Source: Candidatus Adlerbacteria bacterium
Lineage (GTDB): Bacteria; Patescibacteriota; Minisyncoccia; Phycocordibacterales; SBAW01
NCBI GenBank assembly: GCA_029288895.1
Contig: JARIGK010000001.1
Coordinates: forward strand, 1,446-65,445
Length of the DNA: 64,000 nt
Direction of reading: 5' to 3'
Positions 54,818-64,000 of this stretch are shown here, piece after piece. How positions within the stretch are numbered: position 1 is the stretch's first letter; the number at the start of each line of letters is the position of its first letter. Made by a program: the position numbers and the translations under genes. Under the pieces are notes generated by a model. The model was not told the DNA's origin. It did not search any database and was given only the letters and a program-made list of their open reading frames with translations.

Positions 54818-54829
54818 TATAGGGAAGAT

Positions 54830-56179
54830 ATGAGCGAATATCGGCCTACGATAGGCTTGGAAATCCATGCCGAACTCTCGACGCGCACAAAGATGTTTTG
54901 CGCGTGCCTAAACGACGCCGACGAGAAGCGCCCTAACACCAACATCTGCCCGGTATGTATGGCACACCCGGGCTCATTGCCCGTGATCAACAAAGAGGCG
55001 GTGCGCCATGTGCTCCGCGTAGGGAAGGCCTTGGGTGCAAAACTCGCCGACTATACCGAGTTCGACCGCAAGAACTATTTTTACCCAGATATTCCAAAGG
55101 GCTATCAGTTGAGCCAGTTTGCATTTCCATTGGTAAGCGGCGGCTCGCTTCGCAACGTCGACATCACACGCGTCCACTTGGAAGAGGACACAGCGCGCTC
55201 GCAACACGAGGGCAATGCAAGCCTTGTCGACTATAACCGCGCAGGTGTGCCTTTGATGGAGCTTGTAACGGAACCTGTCGTGCACACAGCCGAAGATGCT
55301 GGCGCCTTTGCAAAAGAACTGCAACTCTTACTGCGCTCACTTCGCGCAGGGGAGGCAAACATGGAAAAGGGCGAGATGCGCGTCGAGGCAAACATTTCAG
55401 TAAGTAAAACCGACACCTTTGGTACAAAGGTGGAAGTGAAGAACTTGAACTCCTTCCGCAGCGTCGAGCGTGCAATTGCGTACGAAGTTAAGCGCCAGAT
55501 CGAAGTGCTCGAAAGCGGCGGCACCGTTGTGCAAGAGACCCGTGGCTGGGACGAAGCAAAGCAGCAGACCTTCTCGCAGCGCAAGAAAGAAAGTAGCCAC
55601 GACTACCGCTACTTCCCAGACCCAGATTTGCCAAAACTTACACTTTCCGAGATCTCGGAATTCAAAGATCTAGAATTGCCAGAACTTCCGTGGCAGAAGC
55701 GTGCACGCTTAGCCGAGCTCGGCTTCTTGCAAACACAAGATATCGAACAGCTCATCGGAGACGAAAAGTTGGGTGCCTTGTTTGCACAGATGGAGGATGA
55801 TCTCGGCTCGCCCGAGCTTTTGAAAGTTGCAGCAAACTTTATCTTGAACGATATCGCTGGCCAGCGTAAAAAGGATGCGATGTGGATGCCAACTCCGGCA
55901 CTCCTCAAACAGGTGGTTGAACAGTATGCGGCGGGCACACTTGCGTCGCCGCAAGCAAAGCAATCTATCCTCACGGGCACACTTGTCGTTGCTGGCGATG
56001 CGAGCGCCTTGCCAGAACTCGTGCAAAAAATCATCGCGGCACACCCGGGGCCTGTAGCCGAGTACAAAGCAGGGAAGGAATCGACCCTCCAGTTTTTGGT
56101 AGGCATGGGTATGCGCGAAAGCAAAGGTTCGGCAAACCCGTCGGCGCTTGCTGAGGAATTTAAAAAGGCGCTTCTCTAG
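54830..56179 (+). CDS. gatB: Asp/Glu-tRNA amidotransferase subunit B
   Basis: IGLEIHAEL, FDRKNYFYPD, HLEED, NRAGVPLMELVTEP, VEVKNLNSF, YRYFPDPDLP. Confidence 0.97.
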   Translation: MSEYRPTIGLEIHAELSTRTKMFCACLNDADEKRPNTNICPVCMAHPGSLPVINKEAVRHVLRVGKALGAKLADYTEFDRKNYFYPDIPKGYQLSQFAFPLVSGGSLRNVDITRVHLEEDTARSQHEGNASLVDYNRAGVPLMELVTEPVVHTAEDAGAFAKELQLLLRSLRAGEANMEKGEMRVEANISVSKTDTFGTKVEVKNLNSFRSVERAIAYEVKRQIEVLESGGTVVQETRGWDEAKQQTFSQRKKESSHDYRYFPDPDLPKLTLSEISEFKDLELPELPWQKRARLAELGFLQTQDIEQLIGDEKLGALFAQMEDDLGSPELLKVAANFILNDIAGQRKKDAMWMPTPALLKQVVEQYAAGTLASPQAKQSILTGTLVVAGDASALPELVQKIIAAHPGPVAEYKAGKESTLQFLVGMGMRESKGSANPSALAEEFKKALL

Positions 56180-56202
56180 AGATACACGCTTGCACTCTAC
56201 AC

Positions 56203-56227
56203 ATCCCGCCCATGGCGGGATTTTTGT
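56203..56227 (+). terminator. intrinsic terminator
   Basis: ATCCCGCC-cat-GGCGGGAT followed by TTTT. Confidence 0.7.
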
Positions 56228-56247
56228 TTGCCGATATACTGTATGCA

Positions 56248-57057
56248 ATGGACGAACTAGAAATCTCGGGTAAGCGATACATCTCGTCTAAGCGTATCGC
56301 CAAGGAAAATAAGTACCACCCCGACTATATGGGCCAGCTTATCCGTGCCGGCCGCGTCGCGGGCACGAAGGTGGGCCGGGCCTGGTACGTGGAGGAACAG
56401 TCCTTCCTCGACTACCTCGGCAAAGAGAGAGGGCCACAGGTTGTAACCGAGCCCGCTCTGGTAGCCGCAAGCAATGTTGTCGATGCAGGGGCTCCGCAGG
56501 GCGACGGCCCGAGGACTGAGCAGATTCCTAGCAAGGAATCTGTGTACCCGGAATCGACACACGTTGCTGAAGTTTTTGTTCCGGCTGAAGTTTCTGTTCC
56601 AGCTGAAGTGCACGTGCCAATCGTCGAAGAGAAAATTTTTATTCCAGAAATAAAAAAAGAAGAACCAAAAAAAGAAGAGCCGAAGGTGGCGCCAATTATG
56701 CGCAAGCCGACACTCACATATATTTCTGACTCAAGCCCACTCTTCCCTGAAATCTCTAAACGTCCAATAGTAAAAAAACAATTTGTTTCTCCTGCCCCTG
56801 CAGCAGCGCCTGTTCAAACAATAGCCGCTGCAGTTGAGATACATCCACAGATTGTAGAGAAGAAGGGTGGCTTGGTACGCAAAACGTTTGCAATCGCATC
56901 ACTCACCTTGGCGGCAGTAGCAATATTTTCTGTAGCATTTTTTGGCTCGCTTGATGTTAATACCACTGTCTTGGTAGAGCAGGGCAAACCTGCAAGCGTT
57001 GCGTTTTCGCAAAATAAAACATTGTGCTTCATTTTTGGAACATGTCAAAACGACTAA
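56248..57057 (+). CDS. excisionase/MerR-like HTH protein with low-complexity linker and C-terminal TM helix
   Basis: YISSKRIAKENKYHPDYMGQLIRAGRVAGTKVGRAWYV; AEVxVP x3 repeats; TM near the C-terminus. Confidence 0.8.
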   Translation: MDELEISGKRYISSKRIAKENKYHPDYMGQLIRAGRVAGTKVGRAWYVEEQSFLDYLGKERGPQVVTEPALVAASNVVDAGAPQGDGPRTEQIPSKESVYPESTHVAEVFVPAEVSVPAEVHVPIVEEKIFIPEIKKEEPKKEEPKVAPIMRKPTLTYISDSSPLFPEISKRPIVKKQFVSPAPAAAPVQTIAAAVEIHPQIVEKKGGLVRKTFAIASLTLAAVAIFSVAFFGSLDVNTTVLVEQGKPASVAFSQNKTLCFIFGTCQND

Positions 57058-57097
57058 TGTAGAGAAAATAAGCGGAGAAAATACCATCAAATAAATT

Positions 57098-57130
57098 ATC
57101 CCCCGGACAATATGGTCCGGGGGATTTTTT
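57098..57130 (+). terminator. intrinsic terminator
   Basis: ATCCCCCGGAC-aatatg-GTCCGGGGGAT followed by TTTTT. Confidence 0.8.
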
Positions 57131-57449
57131 GTTCCGAGATATGGCTCTGCTAGGCGAGATCTCGGCACGGCAAGACGATAAAACTATAATTTGCAATGTA
57201 GAAAATTTACAAAAATCTCGTCACAAAATGAGATGAAAGTTGAAATAAAAATGCAAAATAATTTTTTATATGAGCCATGAGTCGCATGTTGAAAATAAAT
57301 TTGTCTAGCAACGTTTTAATGAATTTTTGTTTGCATTTCTATCCACAGATTTTTGTGAAATTTTACTGAAGAAAAGCGCATTTGTTTCGTAAAATATATT
57401 GTAGTGCTCTCCTCGAAATCACTGCATAAACAAAAGCATTATCGGACCT

Positions 57450-60400
57450 ATGTCACCTAATAAAAAAATACTCGACACACATGGTGACCCGATGCTTTCC
57501 GCACGCAAGGCGGCACTCCGTTTGCGTTGCGCATCCGACTACGTTTCGAAGCTTTGCCGCGAGGGTAAACTCGACGGCCAGCTCGTGGACGGGCAGTGGT
57601 TTGTAGCCCCAGCTTCTATCAAGGCTTTTGAAGAAGCTCGTATCCGTGCGAAGCAAGAACGTTCGCAGCAGCTTGCAGAACAGCGCCGCAAGGAGAATTT
57701 TGAATATAAAAAAACATATGGTTCGTTTGGTACGCGCACATTGTTGCGAGCACGCGCACTCGCTGTCAGTGCGCCTATAGGTGCGATTGCGGGTGGTGCG
57801 ATGTTGTTCGGTGCAGTTGTCTTTGCGTCGACGATGCATACGCCGGCGCATTCGCAGCTTGCGTCTGTGTCTTCCGCAGAGTCGGCATTTTTCGGCACAC
57901 AACCTCCGGCAGTACATGTCTCGGGTGCAGCATTTGAAAATGCATCGAACTTTTTGCGCGGCACATTTGCAACTTTGTTTGGTTCGTCAAAAAACAACAC
58001 AATTGAACTCGCGCAGAATTCAAGCCCGTCTCAACGCGGAGAATTGTCTGCTGACAATTCTCCTATGTCCGGCGCCGTCGCGCCTGCCAACGTTTCGACT
58101 GGGCTTAATTCTGCTTCAGCACCTGTCGTCCAGAACATCACGAACACATACCCTGTCATCCAGCGCACGGTGGTGCAGCAGGTTGCATCTGCGGGCGTGA
58201 GCGAAGACTACGTCACGCTGCGCCTCCAGGACCTCTACAACCGCATCGCGGTCCAGCTCTCGAACCTGCAGAACCCGGGCCGCGAAAGCCCGCTGCAAAA
58301 CTTTGCAGTGTCACAGGTCATTAACAACCTTTCCAACGTGCGCCTTAATGGGCTCTCAACCGCAGATGATATCAACGCGCACACGATCAACAGCGGCAGC
58401 CTTTCTATCACAGGTGATGCATCGTTTGGCGGGACAAACAATTTCAATACGGTACATATCGCCGGCATACTTACTGCGGCGACCACCACTACGGGTGCGT
58501 TGACCGTCAACGGTAATGCAACAACCACGGGCGTTGCGTACTTCCAGAATGATGTAAATATCGGCGGCAATACGGTCATCGCAGGCAACCTTACAGTGCT
58601 CAACAATAACGGCAACCCAGGTACTGCATTTGCTGGTACCACCACCGTAACGAACCTTGGTGTAACCAACCTTTCGACCTCGACGTTTGCAGGCTCACTC
58701 CAGACAGGTGGCGCGCTTGCGGTAGGCGGTAATCAATACAGCGGTTTTAAGCTCAGCGTAAATGGTTTGGCATACATCGGCGACCCAGCTGCACCGTACC
58801 CAGGCCTTGTTCCTGGCGACGAGATGGAAGCGCAGCTTGTTATCCGCCGCGATGCGAACCCCGCAACGATGGTGTTGCGCAATATGAATGCATTGACTGA
58901 TGCGGCAGATATCATTTCGTTTGCAAACAGCAGTGACGACCAGGACGGCAAACTGCAGCTCAACGGCGTAGCTGCAACAAGTTTGAGCGGCAGCCGCTCG
59001 TTTAACATCATGTCGAACTTTGGTGACATTGGGTTTTGGCGCAATTACTCAGGCGCAGGTACGCCGACCAACTCGTTGACCATCAAGGGCGCAAGCGCAG
59101 GTACAACGGCAGGATTTGTTGGCATCGGTACGCAAAGCCCACAGGCAAAACTCGACGTGCGCGACCAGATCTTTGTTCGCAACACCGATGGTCTTGTCGG
59201 CACCAATGACGGCGTAGAAATTGCAACCGACTCAAGCGTGCCGCGCATAAGCATCGTGGCGGGTAACCGCTACGTTGGCCTCTTTGGCGGAACTGCATCG
59301 GGTGATGTGCTTGTTCAAAATTCGGCAGGCGGCTCGACGATTTTTAAGGGCGGGTCGGGCGGCAATGTCGAACTTGCACGCATCACCAACGATGGAAATT
59401 TTGGCCTTGGCACTGCGAATCCAAATTACAAACTTTCGATAGAGAATGGTTCGGCCCCGGGCGCATCGTTCCCAACGAGCGGCTTCGGCTTTGTCCTTTC
59501 TGGCACTGGGTTTGCAAATGCAAACAATCGCTTTGCGTCGGTAGAAGGCAACAAGGCAACCTACTTCCTCACGCGCGACACAGGGGTCTCGACCGGTGAA
59601 CTTTCGACCTACGACTATGGTGCAGGAGTTGGGATGCCACTTCTGTTGAACGCAAACGGAGGAAATGTTTCCATTGGCTCTGCGACTGTTGCACAATCGA
59701 CCCTCGATGTGTTTGGTTCACTTGCTCTTGGAAGTTATGCAGGTGTAAACGCTGCACCAACAAACGGGTTTATTGTGAGCGGCAATGTTGGCATCGGCAC
59801 GACGACGCCAGCTACAACGTTCGCGGTGCAAGGCAACGGCCTTGTTTCGGGCACGTTTACTGCAGGCAGCATCATTGCAACATCAAGCTTTACGCTTAAT
59901 GGCTCGGGCACGATCAATGGCGGGTTTGCTGCGTACGCATCATCAACTATCGGCAACGGCAACCAAAACGGCGGCCTCACTATCTTCGGTGGCGCAACGA
60001 CGACGGGCAATGCATTGTTTACTGGCGGTGTTGGGATTGGCGTCGCAACCTCGGCCGCTGGCACATTGCAGGTTGCAAACAACGCCTACTTTGGCGGCAA
60101 CTTGTTTGTTGGCGGCAACTCCACAACCATCGGCAATAGCACATCCAACAGCTTGGTCATTAATTCGAGCATCAAGTCCGACCTTGTACCCGACCAGAAC
60201 ATCACCCGCGACTTGGGCTCGCCATCGTTCTACTGGCGCAATGTGTATGTCGGCAACATCGTTGCAAATAATATCTCCGCTGCATCGACTACAATTTCTG
60301 GTACCAACTCGGCAACGTTTACTATCAACGCAGACAACGTCACATCGGACACTGAAGATCAGGATCTTATCTTCTTCCGCGGCAACGTGGTGCCAAATGC

Positions 60401-63400
60401 GTTACTTTCGTGGAAAACTACGCCAAAGCGTTTTGAATTTAACCAGCCATTGTTTATCCAAAACAACACAAACAACACGCTCGGCAACACGACGCTCGAT
60501 TTGAAGGGCGAAACAGGGCAAACGGGAGCACTCTTTAACGTTGCGTCATCGACCGGTACAAGTTACTTCAATATCGCAAACACAGGCCTAACAACCCTTG
60601 CGCAAGGGTTTATCTCGCAGGCCTCATCGACGGTCAACGGTTCTCTCACCGTCAACGGCAGCGCAATAACAAACGGCACTATCACTGCAAGCAACATTAT
60701 CGCGACTTCAACATTGACGGTTAACGGCCTTGCTATTTTCTCTAACGGCATCTCGCTTACCTCATCAACAACCATTGGCAACGGTAATCAAAACGGAGGT
60801 CTGACGATCTTTGGTGGCGCAACGACGACGGGTAATGCGCTGTTTTCAGGCGCGTTGACTGCTGCTGGCAACTCGCTGTTTTCAAACGCAACCTCGACAA
60901 ACTTCTTCTCGACTACCGCATCAAGCACAAATCTATTTGCAGCAAATGCATCGTTTGGTACCGCAGCGGCGCAGTATCTTACAACAACTGCTGGTGCAAA
61001 TATCGACAACTACATCACGCTTGGGAAGAATATTTTCGGCGCTGGTGGCCATGGTGACTTTGACGGCGGTATACGTTTTAACGACACTGGCACAAATATC
61101 CCGCGCGGTATTACCTCGGCAAGCAATGGCACCGCGATGGCGATTGGCATTAATGGCAATAACTTTGGTTCTCAGGCTCTTTCCAATCAAGGCGTGCAAA
61201 TGTATTTTGACGCACGCGGACCGTATGGACGCTTTGATGTGTACACCTATGAAGCAGGCACTGGGGCAGAGAATGCTCCTATTTCGCTTTCGAGCGTTAA
61301 CACGTTGAATATTGGTGACGGCGCCCCAACCAATTCGCAGGTGGCAACGCTCTACGTTAAAGACAACACGAGCCTTGCTTCGGTGCCAACGTTCCGTATC
61401 GATCAAAACGGAAATGGTACAAGCGATTTGATGCAATGGTTTACAAGCGGCGGCGTACAGTTGGGTGCAATAAAGGCAAATGGCAACCTTGGTATTGGAA
61501 CATCGACTGCATCGCAAGCTCTCTCCGTCCAAGGCAACGGCCTCTTCTCAGGAAACATTTCTGCAGCTGCGATTACTGCAACATCGACCTTGAATGTCAC
61601 AGGTCTTTCGTCATTCTTTAACGGTATTCTTGCAACTGCATCTTCAACAATTGGCAACGGCAATCAAAACGGCGGCCTCACTATTAACGGCGGCGCAACA
61701 ACGACAGGCAGCGCATACTTTGCATCCAATGTCGGCATCGGCACGGCGAACCCAGGTTACACGCTCGATGTGAACGGCAGCTTCCATGCCAACAGCATGT
61801 TTTTGACTGGTGGCGGCAATTCGCTGAGCTTCGGCACTTCGAATGCAAACGCACGAATCACTGGCGATAACGCATCATCGGCAAACTACCTCGACTTTTA
61901 CACCGAAGGCTTCTCTCGATTACATATTTCGGATAACGGCAACGTTGGCATCGGTACAACAACCCCATCACAACTCTTCGCAGTGCAGGGTAATCAGTAC
62001 ACCTCCGGCACTGCCTTCTTCGGCGGCGCAATTACCGCAACATCGACATTGAATGTCACCGGCCTCTCAACGCTCGGTTCACTTTCAGTCACAGGTAACA
62101 CCACGCTCGCTAACGCAACATCGACGAACTTCTTCTCGACGGTTGCGTCGTCAACAAACTTGTTCGCACAAACAGGTTCTATCGGTACACTCAATGCGCA
62201 AGCACTGACGGTGTCTGGAAATACCACCCACACTGGCACACTCACTCAAACAGGTCTTGCAACCTTCACAAACGGCTTTGTGTCGCAGGCATCGTCAACC
62301 GTCAGTGGCGGCCTCTTTACTGCAAACGGTGGAGCATCAACCACAGTACTTTCTGCAAGTGGCAGCGCATACTTTGCAACTTCAGGCGGTAACGTGGGTA
62401 TTGGGCAAAACTCACCGAAAGAAAAACTTGATTCCAATGGAGCTGGAATTTTTAGCGGAGATTTCGCCACCGGTATAAATGCAGAAAATTACGCGGCGGC
62501 TGTGCTTATTTCCACAAATAGTGGTGCAACTACAGGCAGAATTAGTGCTGCTTCAAACGGAGCAAACAACGTAGATTTGGAACTCCGCGCCCTGAACGCA
62601 GGGTCTTCAAATAGTGGGCAATTATATCTTAAATCAAACGGCAATGTTGGTATCGGTACAACATCGCCGTTCTATAAACTTTCTGTCGAAGGTAGCTCGA
62701 CATTAGGCAATCAGGCAATCGCGGGCTTCTTTAATGCAACATCGACAACCGCAACATCAACATTCTCAGGAGGTCTCACTGTCGGCGGCAGCAACTTCAA
62801 CGTCACACCAAACGGTAATGTCGGCATTGGCGCCGCAACAGACGGCAGCTTCCCATTTGAAGTCAGCAACGCAGGTGGTTCTTTCGCACAATTTACCCGC
62901 TCAAGTGTGGGGACATGGATATTGGGTATGACAGGAAGCTTTGGGGCGAGCGCAGGAAGCTATCATGACAATGGAGATTTCCAGATAGCTGGAAGTGGTA
63001 CCGTTGCCGGCCAAGGTTTGATTATACAGACTCGCAACACAGGTAATAGTTTAATAAACGCTCTCTATCTGAACGGTTCGGGAGCTGTTGGCATCGGAAC
63101 CACAACAACAAACGTAAGTCAGAGCGGCTTGCTCACGGTCAATGCAAATCCATCAACATATTTGCCAAATGCATTTGTTGTGAGCTCGACAACAGCTGCG
63201 GGTGTGACAAGCAACCTCTTCAATGTATTAGCAAACGGCACTGTTGGTGTCGGTACATCGTCACCTGCAACAACTCTTTCAGTGCAGGGAAATGGGTACT
63301 TTACTGGCAACGTCGGCGTCGGCCTCTCGAGCCCAACCGCATTGCTTGAAGTGGCCGGTAATGCAAACTCTTCTGACTTCCGTGTAAGCCGCATAGGCAA

Positions 63401-64000
63401 TGCCTCATCATATTTCTCGATTGCTGCAACGGGTGGCAACAACAATGCCTCGGTATTTGGCGTTAACGGAACATCCGTGCTTGCTCTTCAGTTAAACGGT
63501 GGCATCCAAGTGGGCAGCTATGTGAACATTTCAAACACGCTTGTTGCAGCTCCTGCAAACGGTCTTATCATGGCGGGAAGCTTGGGCATCGGTACAACGT
63601 CTCCAAACTCCGCACTTCAAATTGCAGGTGTGGGCCAGACAACGGCAAATATGACTGACAGCGGCGTACAGACCGCAACGCTCAATATTGAAGACAATAA
63701 CGCATCAAATCCAGCTGGTGCCGGCGGCGCACTTGTCTTTTCATCAGCGGCAACTGCGGGGACTTATGCGCAGGCTGCAATTAAAGCGCTTATCACAAAT
63801 GGTGGCGGTAGAGGCATCGGCGACCTTGCGTTCTCGACACGTAACGCAACAAGCGATACAAACCTTACTGAGCGTTTGCGCATTACAGCGGGAGGTAACA
63901 TCGGCATCGGTACGACATCGCCATACGCAACGTTTGCAGTAAACGGAAATTCTGACTTGGGCACCAGCGCAACAGCTGGCTACTTCACTGCAACCTCAAC
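57450..64000 (+). CDS. giant surface fibre/adhesin-like protein (>2180 aa, 3' truncated by window): N-terminal HTH, coiled coil, TM, then G/T/S/N-rich beta repeats
   Basis: MSPNKKILDTHGDPMLSARKAALRLRCASDYVSKLCREGKLDGQLVDGQWFV..., TM AIAGGAMLFGAVVFA, about 15 G-N-V-G-I-G-T type repeats. No stop found in the stretches translated, the last line is still in frame, and the track lists no closed ORF in this frame. Confidence 0.88.
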   Translation, partial: MSPNKKILDTHGDPMLSARKAALRLRCASDYVSKLCREGKLDGQLVDGQWFVAPASIKAFEEARIRAKQERSQQLAEQRRKENFEYKKTYGSFGTRTLLRARALAVSAPIGAIAGGAMLFGAVVFASTMHTPAHSQLASVSSAESAFFGTQPPAVHVSGAAFENASNFLRGTFATLFGSSKNNTIELAQNSSPSQRGELSADNSPMSGAVAPANVSTGLNSASAPVVQNITNTYPVIQRTVVQQVASAGVSEDYVTLRLQDLYNRIAVQLSNLQNPGRESPLQNFAVSQVINNLSNVRLNGLSTADDINAHTINSGSLSITGDASFGGTNNFNTVHIAGILTAATTTTGALTVNGNATTTGVAYFQNDVNIGGNTVIAGNLTVLNNNGNPGTAFAGTTTVTNLGVTNLSTSTFAGSLQTGGALAVGGNQYSGFKLSVNGLAYIGDPAAPYPGLVPGDEMEAQLVIRRDANPATMVLRNMNALTDAADIISFANSSDDQDGKLQLNGVAATSLSGSRSFNIMSNFGDIGFWRNYSGAGTPTNSLTIKGASAGTTAGFVGIGTQSPQAKLDVRDQIFVRNTDGLVGTNDGVEIATDSSVPRISIVAGNRYVGLFGGTASGDVLVQNSAGGSTIFKGGSGGNVELARITNDGNFGLGTANPNYKLSIENGSAPGASFPTSGFGFVLSGTGFANANNRFASVEGNKATYFLTRDTGVSTGELSTYDYGAGVGMPLLLNANGGNVSIGSATVAQSTLDVFGSLALGSYAGVNAAPTNGFIVSGNVGIGTTTPATTFAVQGNGLVSGTFTAGSIIATSSFTLNGSGTINGGFAAYASSTIGNGNQNGGLTIFGGATTTGNALFTGGVGIGVATSAAGTLQVANNAYFGGNLFVGGNSTTIGNSTSNSLVINSSIKSDLVPDQNITRDLGSPSFYWRNVYVGNIVANNISAASTTISGTNSATFTINADNVTSDTEDQDLIFFRGNVVPNALLSWKTTPKRFEFNQPLFIQNNTNNTLGNTTLDLKGETGQTGALFNVASSTGTSYFNIANTGLTTLAQGFISQASSTVNGSLTVNGSAITNGTITASNIIATSTLTVNGLAIFSNGISLTSSTTIGNGNQNGGLTIFGGATTTGNALFSGALTAAGNSLFSNATSTNFFSTTASSTNLFAANASFGTAAAQYLTTTAGANIDNYITLGKNIFGAGGHGDFDGGIRFNDTGTNIPRGITSASNGTAMAIGINGNNFGSQALSNQGVQMYFDARGPYGRFDVYTYEAGTGAENAPISLSSVNTLNIGDGAPTNSQVATLYVKDNTSLASVPTFRIDQNGNGTSDLMQWFTSGGVQLGAIKANGNLGIGTSTASQALSVQGNGLFSGNISAAAITATSTLNVTGLSSFFNGILATASSTIGNGNQNGGLTINGGATTTGSAYFASNVGIGTANPGYTLDVNGSFHANSMFLTGGGNSLSFGTSNANARITGDNASSANYLDFYTEGFSRLHISDNGNVGIGTTTPSQLFAVQGNQYTSGTAFFGGAITATSTLNVTGLSTLGSLSVTGNTTLANATSTNFFSTVASSTNLFAQTGSIGTLNAQALTVSGNTTHTGTLTQTGLATFTNGFVSQASSTVSGGLFTANGGASTTVLSASGSAYFATSGGNVGIGQNSPKEKLDSNGAGIFSGDFATGINAENYAAAVLISTNSGATTGRISAASNGANNVDLELRALNAGSSNSGQLYLKSNGNVGIGTTSPFYKLSVEGSSTLGNQAIAGFFNATSTTATSTFSGGLTVGGSNFNVTPNGNVGIGAATDGSFPFEVSNAGGSFAQFTRSSVGTWILGMTGSFGASAGSYHDNGDFQIAGSGTVAGQGLIIQTRNTGNSLINALYLNGSGAVGIGTTTTNVSQSGLLTVNANPSTYLPNAFVVSSTTAAGVTSNLFNVLANGTVGVGTSSPATTLSVQGNGYFTGNVGVGLSSPTALLEVAGNANSSDFRVSRIGNASSYFSIAATGGNNNASVFGVNGTSVLALQLNGGIQVGSYVNISNTLVAAPANGLIMAGSLGIGTTSPNSALQIAGVGQTTANMTDSGVQTATLNIEDNNASNPAGAGGALVFSSAATAGTYAQAAIKALITNGGGRGIGDLAFSTRNATSDTNLTERLRITAGGNIGIGTTSPYATFAVNGNSDLGTSATAGYFTATS
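58005..58117 (+). repeat. intragenic palindromic element, copy 4
   Basis: GCGCAGAATT...AATTCTGCTTC termini, perfect inner hairpin GGAGAATTGTC-tgct-GACAATTCTCC, and 40/49 nt match to 14643-14691. Confidence 0.65.
59952..61710 (+). repeat. three dispersed copies of a ~60-nt module encoding SSTIGNGNQNGGLTI(F/N)GGATTTG
   Basis: Copies near 59952, 60777 and 61653; a second module NATSTNFFST recurs near 60885 and 62112. Confidence 0.8.

Noticed and set aside
56565-56620. 18-nt tandem repeat as CRISPR or contingency locus
   Set aside because: Three degenerate in-frame copies encoding AEVxVP, with no spacers and no cas genes.
57450-64000. Prophage tail fibre or diversity-generating retroelement target
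   Set aside because: No phage structural genes or reverse transcriptase in the window; the protein has a TM anchor; repeat differences are mostly synonymous rather than adenine-specific.
1-64000. Alternative genetic code (UGA=Gly), CRISPR arrays, rRNA genes, transposases
   Set aside because: Full-length genes end at TGA with ATGA overlaps, and none of these elements was recognised.

Overview
Gene-dense bacterial chromosome segment in standard code 11 (TGA is used as stop). Compact housekeeping genes, a TM-less VirD4-like ATPase and HTH-TM giant surface proteins suggest Patescibacteria/CPR (Parcubacteria-like); this assignment is inference. Layout: (1) 1-16.5 kb is a mixed region with a RusA-like gene end, tRNA-Ile, radC, a response regulator / ThiF / acyltransferase / 7TM-GAF histidine kinase cassette, a Com-like zinc finger, nfi, tRNA-Leu, a fasciclin protein, an ATE/Bpt-like transferase, an mpl-like ligase, a YfiH/PgeF-like gene, rsmI, a VirD4-like ATPase and a lamin-tail/PKD protein. 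(2) 16.5-47.7 kb is a surface-glycan locus of about 31 kb with GT4/GT2/GT11 enzymes, methyl-, amido- and carbamoyltransferases, an FkbH-ACP-MaoC-SDR-AcpS-MBOAT-SGNH acylation module, a flippase and an O-antigen-ligase/TPR protein. (3) 47.7-57 kb is mostly housekeeping (murB, secA, ccdA, obgE, gatB), plus a stand-alone RNAP alpha-CTD protein and a tiny Lys/Arg peptide in a structured transcript. (4) A >2180-aa HTH-TM-fibre ORF starts at 57450, runs off the window and is missing from the ORF track. Best candidates for undescribed biology: the signal-synthase plus sensor cassette, the HTH-anchored giant fibre, a family of palindromic DNA elements embedded in-frame in unrelated genes, the 13-aa basic peptide unit, and the ACP-dependent C3-acyl glycan decoration pathway. 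All calls come from motif reading by eye; no database searches were run.
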